The notes under the pieces were generated by a model that did no database searches, was not told the origin of the DNA, and was given only the letters and a program-made list of their open reading frames with translations. This document shows, piece by piece, positions 60,357 to 64,000 of a stretch of 64,000 nucleotides of DNA. The DNA comes from Hypanus sabinus (Eukaryota), in the NCBI RefSeq assembly GCF_030144855.1, contig NC_082710.1, positions 20,956,001 to 21,020,000 on the forward strand. Direction: 5' to 3'. The translations under genes and the position numbers were made by a program. Each line of letters opens with the position of its first letter. The stretch's first letter is position 1.

Positions 60357-63300
60357 CCAAGTATGATAAATATTTTAATTGCCTATTATTTTACTCATAT
60401 TCATATTTTTTCATTGTTCAGTGAAATAGTCCTTTCATTTTTCAGGATGACAGCTGGCTGACGTTATTTTTGGTTTGCTGCTGGCGGAAAATTTAAGTTC
60501 GGCGTTTTTCATAAATACAAGAAGGACTCAAATAGACATTGAATATTTTACTTAAAAGTAACTTTCAACCCAACGTCTTTTTTTCGGAGTTCAAAATGTT
60601 TTCGTTGCATGCAGAAATGTAATTTCGTTTTCTCTGCAGGAGTTCATCAATTTCATAAATGCAACACATTATAGTTTGTTTATACATAGCATAAAGGCAA
60701 AAAAAACGTTGTATGCAGTGTTATTTCATTTTAAATGTCAAACGGGTTTTGCGGCTCCCAGTGTTTTCTTTTCTGTGGGAAACGGGTCCAAGTGGCTCTT
60801 TCAGTGGTAAAGGTTGCTGACCCCTGATGTAGGTAAATGCATTAAGACCATAAGCTACAGGAGCAGAAGTAGACCATTCTGCCTATCGAGGCTGCTCTGC
60901 CATTCAATCATGGGCTGATCCAATTCTTCCAGTCAGCCCCACTCCCCTGTCTTCTTCCCATTTCCCCTGGCTAATCAAGAACCTATCTATTTTTGCCTTA
61001 AATACACCCATTGACTTGGTCTCCACAGCTGCTCGTGGCAACATATTCCACAGATTTACCTCCTTCTGACTAAAGTAATTTTTTTTGCATCTCTGTTCTA
61101 AATGGGCATTCTTCAATCTTAATGTCATGTCCTCTTGTCTTGGACTCCACTACCATGGGAAATAAACATGGGAAATAAATCGTCATGGACTTTGGTAGAA
61201 GGAATAAAAGCATATTCTATTTTTTAAATGGGGAGAAAATTCAAAAATCAGAGGTGTAAATGAACCTGGGAGTCCTTATGCAGGATTCCTGAGAGGTTAA
61301 CTTACAAGTTGAGTTGGTGATAAGGAAGACAAATGCAATGTAAGCATTCATTTCGACAAGACTAAACTATAAAAGCAAAGATGTGATGCTGAGGCCATAT
61401 CAGACACCACTTGGGAGTATTTGGAACAGTTTTGGACTTCTTATCTAAGAAAAGATGTGCTGACATTGGAGAGGGCCAGGGGAAGTTCACAAGAATGATT
61501 TCAGGAGTGTAAAGGTTAACATATGAGGAGCGTTTCATAACTCTGGGCCTGTAATCACTGGAGTTTAGAAGAATGGGGGCAGGGGGAGATCTCATTGAAG
61601 CCTATCAGGATAGAGGGATGTCCATTTAGAACAGAGATGAGGAGGAATTTCTTTAGCCAGAGGGTGGTGAATCTGTGGAATTGTTCGCCACAAACAGATG
61701 TCAATTCCGAGCCATTGAGTATATTTAAAGCAGAGGTCCTTGATTAGTCAGGTTGTCAAAGGTCATGGGGAGAAGGCAAGAGAATGGGGTCCAGAGGGAT
61801 AGTAAATCAGCCATGATGGAGTGGCAGAGCAGACTTGACGGGACGAGTGACCTAATTCTGCTCCTGTGTCTTATGGTCTAACACTAACTCATGACTCTGG
61901 AACTCAGTTCCCCCCCCCCCACGAATGAAAGCCAACACACCATACTCTTTCTTAACAATCTTATTAACCTGTGACACAACAATGAAAGATCAATGTATGT
62001 GAACCCCAAGATTTCTCTGTTCCTTCACACTTACATCATTAGAATAGGAGTTGTCTGAATTCTAGACTATAGTGAAATTGTCCAATGACTTAAGCTTGAA
62101 ACCCAGCACTGGGTTTTAGACAATTCAACAGTTACCCATGCATTTTTTTATGACATTAAGTACTTGCTTGCATATTAAGATATAATTTATAGTCAAGTCA
62201 TCAACCTATTTACAGTATTATAAATAATTTACAATTATTAATGTTGATGCATAATTTGTACCCTATACCCCGATCATACCAAACAATTAATTGTTCACTA
62301 TAATTAATCCATTTTAACAACTCAATTTACAAAGTCTAAAATAGTTTTACTAATGTCACTAAAGCAGAGTTCTTAACATTTAAAAATTAAACTTTGACAA
62401 AATTATACCACATATGGATTTGCCTGAACTGAATGGGCTCATACCTGTAATGTATGATAATGTATTTTAAATCAAGCCTGTTTAAAGGTGCTCTTAAATC
62501 ATTCTCCAAATCCCAGACCAAATGGCTTTACACCTACACCTACCTTTACTAACTCTGACACAGTCTCACTCACAGAATCACACATTACAGACAAAATGCA
62601 AGAGGCCCACAAAGGTGGCAGCAAAGTGGCATATATGCAAGAGATTGTAGAACTGGTCATGACAAGGACATCCGCAGTCTGGGTCCCCACTCATGCTTGA
62701 AGGCCAGTGACGTGAATGGGTGACAAAGGACATCCATAGATTCAGGTTGTACCAATTCAGTGGGCCTCAAGATCAGATGTCTGTACGAGCAGGAGACATG
62801 AGGGCCCATGAGTTGGTTCAGGGCTGTCATCAGCTTAGTCCAGGGATCAAGACCAAAGATGGAAACCCAGCTGTTGATCGGAAGTCCACAAGTTGAAGGC
62901 TGATGACCACGCTGCAGTCGTTTGTAATGGAATGTGATTGTTATGTCAGCCAGCACAGACTTGATGGCTTGAGGTAAAATTCTTCTCTATCACATGGAAA
63001 TATGGCAGTAATTATGCTAATGATGGGACTGCAGCTTAAATATATTATGTCCAGTTACTCAAACACAAATCAGAGCGGAGAGCACTTGAGGCAGTTTCGA
63101 GAACAGACACGAGGTTTGACATAGGAGCAAGTGAAGCAGCTTGGATGTGTCTGCATTGAGATCAGGTGTCAACAGCCCACAGAAATCTAACAATAATAAT
63201 AAGTAAGGTGCTTCACAATAGAGGTAATTACAAGGAGAAAAATGACATTGATAGGGAAGATTATAAAGTCTGAATCAAAACAAGACAAAAAGGTGGATTT

Positions 63301-64000
63301 ACTAATCTATTTTAGACTGCTTCAGAAATAGTGCCCAAATTCTTTAACACCCAAGATAGGGCAAAAGAAAGCTGATATTCAACATTCAGAATTAGAGAGG
63401 CTAAGGATACAGCAATGGAGGAACATGGGTAGGCTAGAAACAATGCCACAAAGGCATTTAAAAGGAATGATGAACTCAGACTAAATTGGAGTTTAAGGTG
63501 CTCTTGCATCTGTGTGAGGAACTGTGAGGTAAGCTGGAATTTCTGGAAGCTGCAAAATAGAAGACTAACGTAGTTGGTGTGTAAGTAATTGTTAGAGACG
63601 ACAAAAATGTGGATAACTATTTCAATGATAAAGGATCTAGAGACAACAAAGTACATACGTAGTTGTACTGTTCAATGGAATGCGGAGGTCAAAGCAGAGT
63701 CAAAATGGAACAAAAGTTTGGTACGGCTCACACTGACAGAGTGGCCAAGAAATCTGACTAATCAGCTGTGAAGCTCAGTTAATTGTAAGGTTTGATGGCA
63801 AAATGACTTAGGCCTTAGAAACAGGAGTAGACGATTTAACCCATTAAGTCTGATCTAACAGTCAGTTATATTAAGTGTGATGTGTGCCTCAACTGTGATT
63901 CATATCCTTTGAATTGTTACTGAACAATCTATCATTCTAAGTCTTGAACACTTCAAGTGCACCAGCCTCTATAACGTCAATATGTTTCCCAATCCTTGTT

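Larger units (their letters stand above)
59240..60826 (+). mobile_element. Young internally deleted hAT transposon (GTF2IRD2/SPIN/OC1-like transposase)
   Basis: TIRs cgggggtcggcaacct / aggttgctgacccctg; perfect TSD ATGTAGGT (59232-59239 / 60827-60834); open frame from RWLS (59622) to 60356. Confidence 0.95.
58533..62030. mobile_element. Nested CR1 cluster in the last FBXL17 intron
   Basis: A minus CR1 (58533-58920, apparently resuming about 61900-62030) hosts a plus CR1 (about 58921-61880), which is split by the hAT element and by another minus CR1 3' end (about 60846-61165). Confidence 0.85.

Noticed and set aside
62640-62960. GC-richer intronic segment as a further FBXL17 exon
   Set aside because: No leucine-rich-repeat-like translation and no convincing splice pair on the minus strand.
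1-64000. CRISPR array, rRNA or prokaryotic operon-like system
   Set aside because: No regularly spaced repeats, rRNA motifs or gene-dense segments; the recurring repeats are dispersed eukaryotic retroelement tails.

Overview
This is vertebrate genomic DNA, most likely from a cartilaginous fish (probably a ray). That call is inferred from the repeat repertoire: HE1-like V-SINEs, CR1, Rex1/Babar, RTE, Penelope and hAT elements. Only one host coding exon is recognisable: the last exon of FBXL17 (minus strand, 57932-57795, VNEDTVERLVQEYPHITFSTVMQDCKRTLERAYQMGWIPNTSTAS*), which the ORF track misses. Its probable 3' UTR of about 1.9 kb lies to the left and its last intron runs to the window end. 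The window starts in a CpG-island promoter/first exon of another minus-strand gene; by vertebrate synteny (FBXL17 then EFNA5) this is probably EFNA5, but no EFNA5 coding sequence is visible. The ~54 kb between them is a mosaic of decayed and nested transposons plus repeat-poor stretches that may be enhancers. Nearly all ORFs in the track are TE remnants or spurious. The most interesting signal is a dispersed family of Penelope-derived minimal hammerhead-ribozyme motifs (best copy 48857-48894), together with short fold-back derivatives whose inversion centre or truncation point repeatedly falls inside the ribozyme. Also notable is a young, CpG-rich, internally deleted hAT element with a perfect 8-bp TSD that carries an LTR-like cassette at its deletion breakpoint. 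Boundaries of old repeats are approximate; boundaries defined by TSDs, TIRs or splice sites were read from the sequence.
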